Below, piece after piece: positions 46,475 to 47,156 of a stretch of DNA of 47,156 bases. The DNA lies in assembly GCA_045647025.1 (NCBI GenBank), contig JAZRLW010000110.1:1-47156 (forward strand), given 5' to 3'. The stretch comes from Eubacteriales bacterium (GTDB taxonomy: Bacteria; Bacillota; Clostridia; Oscillospirales; UBA644). Made by a program: the position numbers and the translations under genes. Position 1 is the stretch's first letter; the number at the start of each line of letters is the position of its first letter. The notes below the pieces were generated by a model. The model saw only the letters and a program-made list of their open reading frames with translations, did no database searches and was not told the DNA's origin.

Positions 46475-46484
46475 ATGGTATACT
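46456..46484 (+). promoter_or_regulatory. Promoter nested in the clpC terminator
   Basis: TTGACA (46456-46461, within the hairpin loop and 3' arm), 17-nt spacer, TATACT (46479-46484), with a TG extension. Confidence 0.5.
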
Positions 46485-46512
46485 TTGGACATCAAATTCT
46501 TTGGAGGAAAAT

Positions 46513-47103
46513 ATGACAGACGGACACGCACTAATTCTCTTTATATCGGGCATGTGTGCTTTATTGGGTGTTGGTTTTCTAATTACCGCATTTTTTGAAA
46601 AAACATATAAAAAAGCATTTTTTCTCGGTTGGGGGACGGGATGCCTTGCAACACCCGTGCTTGCCGTACTTGGAATACTTATAAAGTCAGAAAGGCTTAC
46701 AGTTGTCAGCCTGTTTTTGCCAATTTCTTTTATATTGATATTTACCTTCTTTTATCAAGTGTACTCTCAAAAAAGATGCATCTTGCCCATTCAGGCGAAA
46801 TGCACCGATTTTATAGAAACTAATTCCAGAGGAATTGTTTCACGAAACCCTAAATTCACATATTATTATGAAGGCCGGAAAATAACATCAACCCTGCTCT
46901 TCCCCTATAAAAAGAAAGTTTTTGATAAGCTTCTTACCGTAGGCAAAACCTACACCATACATATTGACCCCCAAAATCCAACCCTGTACGTTTACAAAAA
47001 AAGAGTTTCCGCAGGAGCTTGTATAACCCTAATTATAGGTATTCTGCTTCTCTTATTCTGCATATTCATCATTAGTACTTCGATGGATATTAGCGTGGGG
47101 TAG
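46513..47103 (+). CDS. Small membrane protein (DUF3592-like topology: TM helices, soluble beta-rich segment, C-terminal TM)
   Basis: The ATG at 46513 has SD GGAGG. The longer ORF from 46456 would start inside the clpC terminator. The family call is tentative. Confidence 0.55.
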   Translation: MTDGHALILFISGMCALLGVGFLITAFFEKTYKKAFFLGWGTGCLATPVLAVLGILIKSERLTVVSLFLPISFILIFTFFYQVYSQKRCILPIQAKCTDFIETNSRGIVSRNPKFTYYYEGRKITSTLLFPYKKKVFDKLLTVGKTYTIHIDPQNPTLYVYKKRVSAGACITLIIGILLLLFCIFIISTSMDISVG

Positions 47104-47134
47104 ACTCCTATAAAATTCAATAAAAAACTTAAAG

Positions 47135-47156
47135 CCCGACAGAAATTTCTGTCGGG
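47135..47156 (+). terminator. Hairpin at the window edge (probable terminator; any U-tract lies outside the window)
   Basis: CCCGACAGAAA/TTTCTGTCGGG perfect palindrome. Confidence 0.45.

Noticed and set aside
1-47156. Search for tRNA, rRNA, CRISPR repeats, IS or transposase genes, integrases, phage genes and toxin-antitoxin pairs.
   Set aside because: No regularly spaced direct repeats, no cloverleaf-like or rRNA-like conserved stretches, and no transposase, integrase or recombinase-like ORFs were seen. Essentially all sequence outside the described intergenic regions is covered by the listed genes.

Overview
47.2-kb chromosomal window from a moderate-GC Firmicute. The gene content looks Clostridia-like (rny, ctsR-mcsA-mcsB-clpC, split transketolase, class B sortases). 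I saw no rRNA, tRNA, CRISPR array, IS element or prophage.

Layout:
- 1-7984, minus strand, tightly packed: ddl (partial), prmC, a DUF1385 protein, a histidine kinase, an OmpR-type response regulator, an FG-GAP-like lipoprotein, yloV and asp23.
- 8502-11974, plus strand: rny-hflK-hflC.
- 12088-20464, plus strand: a self-contained aromatic amino acid operon, aroF-tyrA-aroB-aroA-aroC-pheA-aroE/aroK fusion-aroQ.
- 20454-23500, minus strand: an orphan ParB-like gene and an ABC exporter.
- 23619-35695, minus strand: a 12-kb, eight-gene operon of two CUT1-type permease pairs plus four large or unusual envelope proteins.
- 36387-38969: two sortase B-like genes.
- 39094-40835: split transketolase.
- 41033-41608: a PAP2 phosphatase.
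- 41800-46437: the class III stress operon ctsR-mcsA-mcsB-clpC with two CtsR boxes.
- 46513-47103: a small membrane protein.

Most interesting observations:
1. The aro operon is preceded by a 23-codon mini-ORF, MKTNIFAAYFFYFYFYFASATEK, followed by a strong intrinsic terminator. This looks like a Phe/Tyr-sensing ribosome-mediated attenuator, which is unusual for Firmicutes.
2. In the eight-gene ABC-importer-like locus, a 965-aa lipoprotein of unknown function sits where a solute-binding protein is expected. A translationally coupled NHL-propeller/Yip1 pair separates the two permease modules. The locus encodes no ATPase, regulator or recognisable glycosidase.
3. One of the tandem sortase B paralogues is a lipoprotein fused to two Big_2 domains and appears to carry Lys in place of the catalytic Arg.

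All family assignments come from motifs read by eye; no database search was run.
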